From positions 186,001-250,000 of the forward strand of contig BROI01000031.1 of assembly GCA_027923505.1 (NCBI GenBank): a stretch of DNA of 64,000 nucleotides, in the 5' to 3' direction. Shown here piece by piece: positions 11,165-22,897 of the stretch; position 1 is the first letter of the stretch; every line of letters begins with the position of its first letter. The position numbers and the translations under genes are program-made. The notes beneath the pieces were generated by a model. That model saw only the letters and a list, made by a program, of their open reading frames with translations, ran no database searches and was not told the origin of the DNA. The stretch is from Mayamaea pseudoterrestris. Its lineage: Eukaryota.

Positions 11165-13267
11165 TTGGAAGAATTCTATATGTTATCATTAGTGTAAACG
11201 CATCTGTGCTTGTTGTGGTTTGTCATTATAGGCGTTCGTGGTTGACTGTCATTCGTCGGTTGCCAGAGCAAGTAGCTGTTCGTAAATGATTGCTCTCATA
11301 ACCGGGTGACATCTCGCCCAAAGACGTAGCTCTTGATCCAGTCAAAGGTTACAAGCACGCGGTTTCTGGTCGCAACCTGCTTTACTAGATAGACACTCCG
11401 CCAAAGAAGGAATGAAATGCTTCCCGCATAGCTCAAAATTGGAACGTCACCAATTTCAATCTGACTCAATGCTTCGCTGCCTCCGACATAGGCAAGGAGC
11501 CCAAGATTCAAAAAGTCAAACTCTGCAGCTTGTTCGAGACCCCGAAGTCGCAACCAGTTTGCCATTATAGTTGTATCATTCTTGGGAATGGTCGGCGGTG
11601 TCGTCGTCATGTCGTAACCACGATCGAGCAAGCGAGCCGCAAAGGCACCCTGTTGACCAGCGACTTGAGCCGTTTGTGGCAAGTATTTTCCGTTGTCGTC
11701 AGCGTCAAACGCGGCAGCATCGCCCAAAACTAGTACACTACCAGTCTCGGCAGTCGGTGGGACGGGGCAGCGCATCCACTTGTCGACAAAGACTCTGCCG
11801 TTTGGTCCGCGAGCTTCATCGGGCAGCATGTCGAGCAGCTTGGCCACGAACGGACTCGGCCCGACACCAGCGGCCCAAACAGTCAGACCATTCAGCAATA
11901 GTTCCTGCTTTCCAGTATACTTGTCCTTGAGCTTAATGTAGCCGTCGCCACATTCCTCAACGTAAGTATCAAGCCTCACGTCAACCCCTTGTTTACGCAA
12001 GGACTTTAACGCATGCGTTCGCAGGTTTGGGTCAAACTGCTGCACCAGCTCGTTTCCACCGTGTATCAACACAATGCGAATGTCGTCGCGTAGCTTGGAA
12101 AAGACTCCAACCCTTGGTTTCGTCGTATCACGAAAAAAGTCCGACAACTCGCCGGCCAATTCACAACCCGTTGGTCCTCCTCCAACAATGCAAAAGGTCA
12201 CTCGACGCCTTCGCTCCTGCTGTCGCTCACGTCGCTCCGTTTCACTGAAACGCCGCCCCGTCAGCGAATCCTCGTCGCAACATACATCCGGCCGACTGGC
12301 ATACTCCAACGACTCGCCAATGGCGTTGCGCAGCTTCTTGGCGTCGTCGCACGTTTTGAGGCGCAAACAGTATTGAGCGGCGCCCTTGACGACGGCGTCA
12401 TTCACCCTGCTGCCCACCGCCACGACGAGCTTGTCGTAGCGAATCGATATTGGCAACGGTGCACCATTCCGCGTCGACGTTAGTAGCGACTGCAGCTGCA
12501 CTGTCACAGTTTGCTGCTCCAAATTGACGCCAACGGCCGTGCCTTCGATATATTGATGCAGCAGCGGATTCGCGGCACGAATGGCTTCCGTCATGCTGCG
12601 GTACTCCACCGTGCCGACGCAGGCGGAACTGAGCATGGGCGTAAAGACAAAGTGGTTGGTCGGCGATACGACAATGATGCGCAGCTTGGTCGTGTCGGCC
12701 ACCTTCAAGAGTGCGTGCGCCGCCCAGCCACTGCCGAGAATCAACACGGTTGGTCGAGTGTCGGATGATAACGTTTCGTTACCAGAGAGCAAGTTCTCTG
12801 GAACCCATCCGAAATTGTATGGCAGTCGCTTCAAATGAGCCACGGCATCTGTCAAGATTGAAAGGCGAAGGATGAAATTCAAAATATGATTGTCGATTCA
12901 ATATCTTTGGCTTTGGCTCCAGCATTGATTTGAAACGGCATCAAATCAAGCAATACATACCTTCCGCTGTATCAATGACTCTTCCTGAAATGGTTGCCAG
13001 AGGAAGTTTTGGTTTGATAGCTGGTGGTATTGGCTCGTCGTGATGATTGGCGCCTTGCGTCGAATTCTTCATTGCAATATCGTTTTTGGTCGTTTTCTCC
13101 GTCGTGGACGAGCTCATTGACAAGCCAGTCTCCTTGGCAAACGACAAGAAACGCTTTCGAAACGCTGGTAGCGCGGTTGCGGCTCCGTTTCGTCCTTGAC
13201 GAAGGAATGAAGATGACGGAATGGATGTCACGCTCCATGCGCGAGCCAAGGGAAGCAAGGCGATGCT

Positions 13268-13478
13268 TGTTGGATCTAGAATATATCTTGCGCGCCCTTG
13301 AAGCGACACTAATGATTAAGCAGAACAGAGTCAATAAAACCACTTTACTTATTTTCTCCAAGAAGTGATCGTCCTCGATCCACTCCTTCGGTTGCCGCTT
13401 ACCGCGCTTACTTAAATGTGACCGTCTTCGTGACGTCACCGCTGCCGCTTCGGTTTGGGTTCTCATCCATGCTCAACA
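13268..13478 (-). repeat. 3' LTR of family A copy 1 (211 bp)
   Basis: TGTTGG...CTCAACA; reads identical to 39579-39789. Confidence 0.95.
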
Positions 13479-16400
13479 CACTCCTTTGGGCCGAGTAGTA
13501 CTTACTGCTCGAGGCCAGATTCATAACCAGGTTGCGGAGCTTGCCAAACTGGGCTCCCTGCAATGGTTTCGTGAAGAAATCCGCGACCATGTCTCCGGTC
13601 GGACAATGCTCAATGTTGACTTCACCAGCTGCCACGCGATCTTTCACAAAGAAGTACCGAACATTCATGTGTCGCGTGCGCTTTGTACTTGAGCTTCTGC
13701 CATTCTTTTCCAACAGCATTGAACTCATATTGTCTTGATACAATTTCGTGTCTTTGACCCCGAAACCTTGCGCCTTCAGAAAATATCCTGTCCACAGCAA
13801 CTGCGGTAGCACATCATGAACTCCCACAACTTCGCTCTCCGTCGAGCTTCTTGTTACCAACTTCTGTTTAGCCGACGTACTGTACACTGATCCTTGGCCA
13901 AGTGTCATTGTTCCACCAGTGTGACCCTTCATGTCTGGGTGCACCGCGTACGACGCATCCACCCACCACTGGACTATCCCGGACTGGTCCGCCTTCAGCG
14001 TCAACACCATGTCCACGCTTCCGCGTAAATATTTAATCACTCTTGCAGCCTTCTTATAGTCGTCTTCGTCAGGCTGCTGCAGCCTCGTGCTCAAGAAAGA
14101 AATCGCTGTGCGAATATCCGGTCGCGCTCGCTGACTCAGATACAGACACTGCATCACAATCGTCACAAAAATCTGCTTCTTCGCTTCGCTCAACATGACA
14201 GGATTTTCCGATATCTGAAACAAGTGACTGGCTGCCGGAGTAGCTGCCGTTCCATCCATGTCGTCTGGCGCATGATGCAGGATGTTCTTCACATAGTCAA
14301 CCATGTTGATTGCTACTTCTCCAGGCTTAGTATAGTCCAATACCATGCCGAGGTAGTCGTGCACTTTTCCGCGTGACTTATTCATTGGAGTCTCCTTGCC
14401 AAACTCCTCATCCATCTGCGCGATGAACTCATCCACTACGCTCACGTCGACGTGCGAAATCTTCAAATCGTCCACGTGCCATCCCACGGTGATTTGCTTC
14501 CCATTGACAATCTTGTTGCACACACACGGATCGTACGGGTTCTTCTCGAAGCCCCACTCAAGCAATTTTGCGGACAACTTCTCCCAGAATAGTCGCGCTG
14601 CTCGAAGCGTACCATAAAGCGCCATGAGTAATTCAACATACATGACTTTCTCGCCATTCTCCATTGTGACGCAAGGCTCGTACATCTCGCGATCAATTTC
14701 CAACAGTAGCTCCACCATCTTCCCAGTGAAACGAACGTGCACCAACTCATCCATTTCCGCTTGCATGAAAGCACCCGGTACATCAACCACAGCAACCTCG
14801 CGCCCTTCCATAGCGTCAATGATAGCTGTCAGAAAGATGGCCTCTGTCGCTATCGTTGGAGATGCTGCGTCTTCCTTTGCAGTGTATGCTCGTTGCTTGC
14901 GTCCATCCGCGCATCCGCGTCCCTTCACAGTCCCGCATCTCTTGCGCTTGAGAAACATCAAATACGCCAGAGCGTCCTTGCGCTGCTGCGGAGTCAGAGT
15001 GCATTGGGGGACTGCCTTCATGACGTGCCTGTCGTGTAGCTGCTGCATTTCCTTGCGCACTGCCTCCACTCCAGCATCGCCAAAAGCCTTTAAACCTTGT
15101 CGCATATTCATCTGTGCCGTGACGAGTGGCTCCGACACTTCCTCTGCAGCGTCGAGCGTGAACAAATGAGCGAACGAGCGAGGTTTGCGCGCACGCAGGC
15201 CATACCGACCAGTGCGTGGGCCATAGCGCGCATCGAAATCCTCTTCGTCTGCAGCAGCTGGCACTCCTTCAATTTCGCCTTCATCGGGCACTCCTTCAAT
15301 TTCGCCATCATCCACGGCTGGCGCGTCGTCAAGTTCGCCGTCAATGGCCTCACCATCCTCGTCGTTCGGCACTCCTTCGATTGCGCCGTCAGCACCATCG
15401 TCGTCGTCGTCGTCGTCATCGGTCGCATTCACTCCTTCGCTTCCGCCGGCAGAGTCGTCGTCACCGCGAGAAGCGTCGTCATCATAATCAGAGTCATCAT
15501 CATCCTCGGCGTCATCTTCGTGCCACATGACTGGCTCAGCAGCCTCCGCAACACGGTGGCGGTCCATGAACACGATGCCCGGATTGGCCTTCTGTTGACG
15601 AGCGAGACGATGCACGCGCTCAATGACATCATCAGGCATGGGCAAAGGCGTAGCGTGCCCACGATTCAGAACTTTGCCCGAAGACAAACTGAGGAAATAA
15701 AACCCACCCTGCACATTACCAGTCGGGCGCAGAGCCAGCGCACCGATCGTGCGCGCCTGCATGTCATTGCTGTGCGACTCATGCGTTTGCACATACTGAC
15801 CAAATTCATACTTGCAATGCCGATTAAAGTCAACTGTCTGACCAGTCACAATAGTGCGTGGACTGAGATCCTTCGAAATGCCACGCTCGTTCGAAACGCA
15901 TTCAACCAAAACACGGCAGACTTCGTCATTTCGATAACCAAGCGTGCCGGCACGTGCTTAAATGGCAACGTGTTGTATGTCGCGCGCACCCGTTCTTTCA
16001 CGACACGGATAAAACGTTCAATTTCGCCAACGTGTTCATCCTCAGATGTCGCATTGAGCGCCACTCCGAGATCAGCCAACGCGCCAAGCATTGGAGCGAA
16101 CTCCCCATCCATCAGAGCCGCGACGACACGGAACCCACCGCGTGCGTAAATCTTCAACACAGACTCGATTGCCTTCAACATAACCGGAAGCGTACGGTTT
16201 TGAATCACCTCAACCGTAGCAAAACGAATGCTGCGGGAGAACGTCACCAACATAGGGACTTTGTTGATATACATGATGTCAGCACAAAGAGTAACGTCTC
16301 GATAGCGACTCATGATAGCCGGTGGAAGCTGCTCAACAATCGCAGGCTTCACCAGATGCGACGCGCGACGCGTCGTCTTTCCTTTTAACGAGCCAACATC

Positions 16401-18202
16401 TGGTCCAAAGATGTGCTCAGCAGCCAGGATGTCGGCCTTCGTCACAGGACAGTTCGGCAACTGATTGCTAGTAACGATGCGCAGGTAATCCTTGAGGCTT
16501 GGCCGTCCAATTTTGATTTGCAGTTCCCTAGCTCTAACAGCGCGTAAATAGTCATCATTGGTGTAGTTAGTACGGTTATCGCCTCTACCGTAGTCAACAT
16601 CGCCACTCCATCCTTGACATCGCTGCGCTTGCCCTTCGAAAAGCTCTCGCAAACATACAGCCCAGAGTCAGTCTCGACAAACTCTCGCTGCTTACCATCC
16701 GGCTTCTCCACAACGAACATTGGACGATCCACGCCGTGCATGAGATACTCCACGGTAAACTTCTTGCGGACTTGCGCCAAACTCAAAATGTTCGCCAGTC
16801 CCTGCGGATACCACCACACCGGACCATAGCCCTCCAGGTCGCCCATCATGTTCGTCCTTACTGTACCAGCGTTGCACTTGATCACCATCCACGTTGGCAC
16901 CGGGCGAATGTTCGTCAGCATCTTGGCGTTGCAGAACAGATCCACTGTCGACTGATTGTCCAAGAGCACAGCCTTCTTCGAGATGTTCACCTTCGGCGGC
17001 TGCGCGAACATGTATCCGACCTCATCGTCGTCATCGCTTTCTTCCTCGCTACCCAGCGTGAAGTGCTGCGCCCCACTAGCCTCTGCAGCCGGCGCACTCT
17101 CCGTAGACTCCGTTCTCGTAGGACAGTCTCGCTGCACATGACCAACCTGTTGACAGGTCCAGCATCTGGGAGGGTCACGCGCTGTACCAGTCGTGTGAAA
17201 CGCCACGCCCTCGTTCGTTGGCAACGTGGCTTCTCCATCCGCATGCTCACGACGCTGCATGATGTTGTATGCATCGTGGATCGTCAACGGGAAGTTGTCG
17301 TGCCCGTCGAGGTAGCAGTTGCGCAAGTGCTTGCAATACCCAGCGTATTCGCCCGTTGCGCCACGCACGAAAAGCATCGCAAGCTCGAGCTCTTCGGCGG
17401 CCTTGATATCCTCCTTGTTCGCCTTGTTACGATTGTCATCCTTGGCAATGTTCAACGCCACAATCTCGTTGTGCATCGTGACGCCAACCGCCTTCGCCAC
17501 GTCTGCCAGCGTGACCATGCTTTCGTAATATTTCTGCAGGCTTTCGCGCGCTCCTTGAGTACGTCCGAACAACTCAGCTTGAATGTCCACGACTTGATCC
17601 ACAAGTTTGCAGCGCCCTTCGTACGTATGCGAGATCTCCTTGATAATCGCCAGCAACTTAATTCCGTCCGTGTCCTCCTCGGCGTCTCGGAACTTGGCGT
17701 GCGACTTGACACGATCCTTCATACGCTCCGTGCATTGTCCATGCAACACGGCGTAGAGACCAGCGAGGAAGTCGGAGTATACACGCACGCGCTCGACATG
17801 CTCTTTCTTGTCGGCCTTGTATTCCTCGAGCATTATGGACCAGTCCGAGTCCGTCGTGTCGGCATCCTTCGTTGGACGTGCAGGCTCGTCAGGAATCTCC
17901 AGTTCCACGTTGCGCATGCCCTTGAGCAGCTCCTTGGTATATTTCTTGTAGGAGCGCCCGACGAAAGTGATGATCTCGTTCGTCGTACGGATGAATCCAT
18001 CGGGATCGCGCGAACCGTTATAGTCGTAGATGAATCCAGCGAGCGTCGGCTCGCTTCCTTGGAAATTTCCACTCGGCGCACGACTCGGTCCGTTGAGTCT
18101 GTTACCATTGCCTTGATTCCCGGAACGATTCCCAGCACGATTCCCACGACGATAATGACGGTTGCGTCGGTTTCCTTCGCTTGCTGGCGGAGCGGGAGGT
18201 GC
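13408..18202 (-). pseudogene. gag-pol of family A copy 1: start codon deleted, frameshifts near 16585 and 15893
   Basis: Three overlapping ORFs (16442-17917, 15846-16652, 13408-15909); both breaks read through at the equivalent sites of copy 2. Confidence 0.85.
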
Positions 18203-18393
18203 ACTCTGTTCTGCTTAATCATTAGTGTCGCTTCAAGGGCGCGCAAGATATATTCTAGATCCAACATTTTCTCCAAGAAGTGATCGTCCTCGATCCACTC
18301 CTTCGGTTGCCGCTTACCGCGCTTACTTAAATGTGACCGTCTTCGTGACGTCACCGCTGCCGCTTCGGTTTGGGTTCTCATCCATGCTCAACA
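18203..18393 (-). repeat. Rearranged 5' LTR of family A copy 1 (64 bp inverted)
   Basis: 18203-18266 is the reverse complement of 13268-13331; 18266-18393 matches 13351-13478 directly. Confidence 0.9.
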
Positions 18394-18803
18394 ATGCTGC
18401 TGATGCTGCTGTCACGGAAGCAGTCAAGCGTCGCCGTCAACAAGACAAGGCAACATACTCGAATCTGGTACTGCATGATAGAATGGTTCCAATAGTTCAT
18501 TCAAGTGTTGTGCTTTGCAAATTCGTCGAAGGCAAATCTTTCGTTTTTAGCAGCGCGGCGGAAAAGCGAAGAACTCCATCAGTCGCGGATCGGTTAGTCA
18601 CGTGACGGTTGTCGTAGCACGACTCACACGTGACGCAAAATCTATCTACAAACCGCGACGATCCTTCGTTGACTGCATAAAACGACGATGCGATACTCAT
18701 GCAGACGCAATGTGAAACTTACCCTTGGAGCCTGCATTAGACGTCTCATGGATTCGTTCACTTCATGATTCCACACTATTAAACAAAATATAGTAACTTT
18801 ATC

Positions 18804-21485
18804 ATGAACATCATTGGTCCGCACCTTCTCGGTAGTCGTGGCGGCAATCGGTTTCAGCGATGTTGCGTGATTGAAACGGACAACGACCGGTCGGCAATCG
18901 AAACGACACGATTGCCATCAATGCTGATCACACTCTTGCTGCCGCTGCTTTATTCATTCACTTTATACGGCGACTACAACATGTTTACGAGACGCAGACG
19001 CAGCGTCATGCTGCTGCTCATTGCCGTGATTGCTTCGCTGGCAGTTTCCATGGCGGCGGCATCGGCTCGTTTTGATTCGACGCCAGCGGCGTTTGAAGTG
19101 AATTGCTCGAGCAGCAGCAGCAACGAGCAGTGCGCTCCAGTCGCACGTTTGAACAATGGCGCGGCTGCTGCATCGTTTGCCGGCAAGTACGAGTCATGCT
19201 GCGAAACAGTTCATCACGACTCTTCCTCTTCCGCTAGCCATTGCCGCGACCAAGTCGACCAGCCGTCTACGATCACGCTGCAAGCAACCAAAACCAAGAA
19301 GCAGCGCCGCCCCAAGACGACGAGCTTGTTTCGTCGCCTCGTTGCGTTCATTGGCAAGCTTTTCAAGGCATTACTCAAGCGCGTCGTTTTGATGCAGCTG
19401 CTTCAAATGATCATGACGAAAGTCAAGTCTTTCTTGCTTGCGCTCACTAATCTGACGCGCGGCGTGTATAATCGCGTCAAGCGCGCGACACGCACCATGT
19501 TACGCGACTGGCGCATGCACCAGGAGCATGGCTCGTTTCCGCCCAGTCCCGAGCGACTCGAGGAGATTTCAAACAACTGGATCGAGTTGCGCCACCATGG
19601 TTACCAAGTGCGGAGCAAGGGAAAGGTTTCGTACGTGGCAAACGGTCGCGTCAATGCGCATGGCAACGTGTTTCAAATGCAAAAGCAGCAGCAGTCGCTA
19701 TGGCGACGATTACTGATCAAGTTGAATGCACGTTTATCACGAACGCCGCTCGAGGAAACGAACAACTCTACGCCACCAGCTGAAGACCCAGTGCAGCCGC
19801 CAACCTTGGTACCAACGACCCGCAACGAACCAAACGACAGTGTGTCTGATATTGACGACTCATTGCCAATGACAATCTTGCCGCTCGAGGAAAGTGACGA
19901 AACGTCAGACAATGCGTCGTTGCCGACGATGGTTGATGCGACGCCTGAAATAGTGCCAGTGATGGACATGCTCTTGACTTGCGATCTGCACGAGCCAATG
20001 GCGACACCGAGTGTGGAGCAGGTGGAGCAAACCATGACAGACGCTAATTTGATACAGGACGAGCCCTTGTCGGATAGGTTCGTTGAAACAAGCTCAACTT
20101 TCAAAGACGAGGCATTTCATGAATTTCAGATCATGTCAATAAACGAGTCATTGCCGAAAGCTGCGCTCGAGCGCGAGGAAACGCGAGTGACTGACAGTGA
20201 ATCACCATTGCCGATGGCGCGTGACGCATCAAGCATCATGGTCACAGCAGTGGAGCATGTCATGGCGAAAACAATGGACGCGGAACCTATTCACATGCCA
20301 GCGGCGAAAAACTTGTCGCGCAAGTTACCGATTGAGTCAAGTATCAACTTGAGCAGCGAGTCATCGTCGTTGAACCGTATATTGGCATCAACTTTGGCGG
20401 AGGAGGCAAGCCGCTTGTTGCCGACGATTTGTTGTGAGGAACCGAGCCTTTTGCTAGTCGCTCCGCGCATGGAGTCGACAATGTTGATGGAGCCTACTAG
20501 GAACAGAAGTGTGGCGTCATTGCCGGTAATCCAGCCGTTTGATATCGAACGCACGTCTGTGACAGAGTCATCACTACTACGTCATGAGACATTACCAACA
20601 ATCCGCACGGAGGAACCAGAAGGTTTGCCCGACGTTTGGTGGGCGAAGCTAAAGCGTCCATACCGCGTCAAGCCACAATCTTTGACATCGCTCCAGCTGG
20701 CTGAAGTAAAGGATCGAATCAGTTGTATACTCATGTCCAAGCTGACAATGATCGAGACTGGCCAGATCGGTCACATCCAATTAAAAGCATCAATTGAAAG
20801 TAAACCGATTGTTTTGTCCGAAAGCGACGTACCGACCGAGCTAATGACGGAGAGTGAAGCCGACAATGACGATGAAGAGTTTTTGTCAGAGTTTTACAAG
20901 ACCACGAAAAGGCGCCGTCGCAGGCGCAAGAGTGCAACGCAGCAGATTGGATATGCTACCCGCGTTGTTATTGGAGAGTGTCATGCTTCCAAGGATCATA
21001 CTTCTATAACAAGTATCGAGCCGCTGCCGTTGCAAGAAAACATTCCAGTTCCTTTTCGCGACGATGAGCTTTCTCGTGAGATCTTCGAAAGTGATTGGCA
21101 ATGCATCGTCCAAGAAGAGTGCGTTTTGGTACCATCAGCTGCAAAAGAAACTATGGCTTTGCCGGTCGACTTGCCGACGATAACAACAACTACCCGCCCT
21201 TGCAGTGCCAGGCCCGAGTATTTGTCGTCGCGCACGTGGTCTTTCGTGGATCCGTGGCTCAACAATACATGTGCCGGTACAGCCGATGGCACGGAAACTC
21301 AGCATGGATCTCCACTGCCTTTCGCCAACCAATGGCTTGATTTTGAGCTTACAGTTTTATCAGTCGTTGCGTCTGTGCTTACTGACGACTGCACATCGGT
21401 GGACAAGGCATTGCTGCTCACTCGACCAAAGCGTCGTCGTGGCCGCCGAGGACGTAGGTGTAATTCAAGTGCACAACGGCGCTAG
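18804..21485 (+). CDS. Hypothetical protein (893 aa), hydrophobic N-terminal segments and long acidic/Ser-Thr-rich region
   Basis: 2.7-kb uninterrupted ORF; no domain recognised; true start may be a downstream ATG. Confidence 0.65.
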   Translation: MNIIGPHLLGSRGGNRFQRCCVIETDNDRSAIETTRLPSMLITLLLPLLYSFTLYGDYNMFTRRRRSVMLLLIAVIASLAVSMAAASARFDSTPAAFEVNCSSSSSNEQCAPVARLNNGAAAASFAGKYESCCETVHHDSSSSASHCRDQVDQPSTITLQATKTKKQRRPKTTSLFRRLVAFIGKLFKALLKRVVLMQLLQMIMTKVKSFLLALTNLTRGVYNRVKRATRTMLRDWRMHQEHGSFPPSPERLEEISNNWIELRHHGYQVRSKGKVSYVANGRVNAHGNVFQMQKQQQSLWRRLLIKLNARLSRTPLEETNNSTPPAEDPVQPPTLVPTTRNEPNDSVSDIDDSLPMTILPLEESDETSDNASLPTMVDATPEIVPVMDMLLTCDLHEPMATPSVEQVEQTMTDANLIQDEPLSDRFVETSSTFKDEAFHEFQIMSINESLPKAALEREETRVTDSESPLPMARDASSIMVTAVEHVMAKTMDAEPIHMPAAKNLSRKLPIESSINLSSESSSLNRILASTLAEEASRLLPTICCEEPSLLLVAPRMESTMLMEPTRNRSVASLPVIQPFDIERTSVTESSLLRHETLPTIRTEEPEGLPDVWWAKLKRPYRVKPQSLTSLQLAEVKDRISCILMSKLTMIETGQIGHIQLKASIESKPIVLSESDVPTELMTESEADNDDEEFLSEFYKTTKRRRRRRKSATQQIGYATRVVIGECHASKDHTSITSIEPLPLQENIPVPFRDDELSREIFESDWQCIVQEECVLVPSAAKETMALPVDLPTITTTTRPCSARPEYLSSRTWSFVDPWLNNTCAGTADGTETQHGSPLPFANQWLDFELTVLSVVASVLTDDCTSVDKALLLTRPKRRRGRRGRRCNSSAQRR

Positions 21486-21807
21486 CTTACGAATCTGAGC
21501 TCTAAAGCAAACTTCAAAAATAATTTACACTTGTAAAGAGACTTGTGCTACGACGTACAATACCTTACTCGTCCAAGTAGCTATACGGTACGTGTACTCG
21601 TACGCGCACTTCCATCGCGCCATTCCGGTTCAGTACTACATTCTACGTACTACGACGTGTACGTCGAACGGTACATCGTTCACGAGGAATGCAAGTGCCG
21701 GTCAGTCGTGGCAATTTGATTGACAGTGATCGAATAAAATTCGATGTGGTCGTCGACAAACGACGAGCGAACACTTGCCTCGTATATTTGAGAAACGAAA
21801 TCGTACA

Positions 21808-22897
21808 ATGACTGGCTTCATACGTTATATTGTCGCAGTGCTTGCTGTTTCGCTGGCCTCGCCCTTCATGAAAGCTGCTGATGGCTTCGTACTGCAGCCT
21901 CTTTCCGACGCGAAACTTCGATCTGATTTGTCGTTCACAAAAGCAACAGCATCCGTCCATTCGAGCGGCAGCGCGCTTAGCAGCACAGGAAGCAACAGCC
22001 TCGTAGTCCAATTGACGGAAGAAATTTCTCAGGCAGCTTCGGTTTTTAATGAGATGCCAATGGAGGCCAAGAGCGAAGTATTCGTGGGTATTTGCGACTC
22101 CTTGATATCCGGGCGCGCTTGGAGCGTGCCAAAACCCATGCTTCCTTTACTGGATGCACGGCCAGGGACTAGGGACGATTATCTCGCTGAATACATTATG
22201 GATACCGTTTGTACTGGAGCAAGTCCTGCGCGAAATGCAGTTGGAGCCGGGCAGCTGGTTGGATGACGCGAAGAACGGCATGCTAACCTTACTGGAACGC
22301 CTTGGTGAGCCGGTGGTAAAGGGTGAGGACCCGAAGACTGGATGCGACACTTTGTTGGGTATAATACTCATGGCAAGAGGCGTGGCTGGTTTGCCGGATG
22401 ATTTGTTCTTGTCGGGCCTCTTGGGGAGGCCTTCAGATTTGCCACACGTCAAACTGAATCCTTTTTTGTCAAATGAGACGTCGCTGAACTTTAAAGTATG
22501 GAGTGATTTGGAGAATGACTTGGATCTTGGGTCGGAAACGACATTCTCGCTTCTGTGCCCTCCAAGCCACGGGCCTAAGTTACTTGGTGTGTATGATCTC
22601 ATCGTCATTCTTTCTAAAAATGGCAAAAGTATCGCTCGTCGTGGATTTCATGTTACGCTTGATGCAGAGGTTCAACTCAAGCCGGCATTTATACCTAATG
22701 GAACAATGCCTTATACTCATAACTTTTTGCTCAGTGCTGTTCCTCCAGATACATTTATTGAAGACTTGGATGGGTGGATTGTTGCAGGCGGACAAGATAT
22801 TGATGCTTTTTATGGACCTGCATCGGGAGCCAGGTGGACGCCGCAGAAATGGAAGCTCTTAGTTGAATCAATGCCACAACCAAACGCGGAATTGTGA
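21808..22897 (+). CDS. Hypothetical protein with bipartite-like presequence, broken by a frameshift near 22145
   Basis: MTGFIRYIVAVLAVSLASPFMKAADG-F signal; ORF 21775-22266 overlaps ORF 22154-22897; no GT-AG intron seen at the switch. Confidence 0.55.

Larger units (their letters stand above)
13268..18393 (-). mobile_element. Ty1/copia LTR retrotransposon, family A copy 1; 5-bp TSD ATGCT
   Basis: TG...CA termini; ATGCT at 13263-13267 and 18394-18398; order gag(CCHC)-PR(LLDNQST)-INT-RT(HVDD)-RNaseH; purine-rich PPT-like AAAGGAGTG beside the 3' LTR. Confidence 0.95.
11296..18476 (-). pseudogene. Type II NADH dehydrogenase (NDH-2) gene interrupted in exon 1 by a copia insertion
   Basis: ILGSGWAA, FVFTPML, VGGGPTGCELAGE, LGDAA, PQTAQVAGQQG, C-terminal FGRDVTRL. 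Intron 12849-12960. Removing 13268-18393 plus one ATGCT TSD restores an in-frame start at ATG 18476 (MQYQIRVCCLVLLTATLDCFRDSSISSIALLPLARAW). Confidence 0.9.

Noticed and set aside
15846..16652. Programmed ribosomal frameshifting in family A
   Set aside because: The breaks are not shared between the two copies and no slippery heptamer is evident.
15097..18283. Long plus-strand ORFs (350 aa, 515 aa) and their equivalents in copy 2
   Set aside because: Antisense shadows of gag-pol with no recognisable motifs.
18597..18636. Two CACGTGAC G-box-like motifs in the divergent promoter
   Set aside because: Plausible regulatory sites, but too short to support without conservation or binding data.
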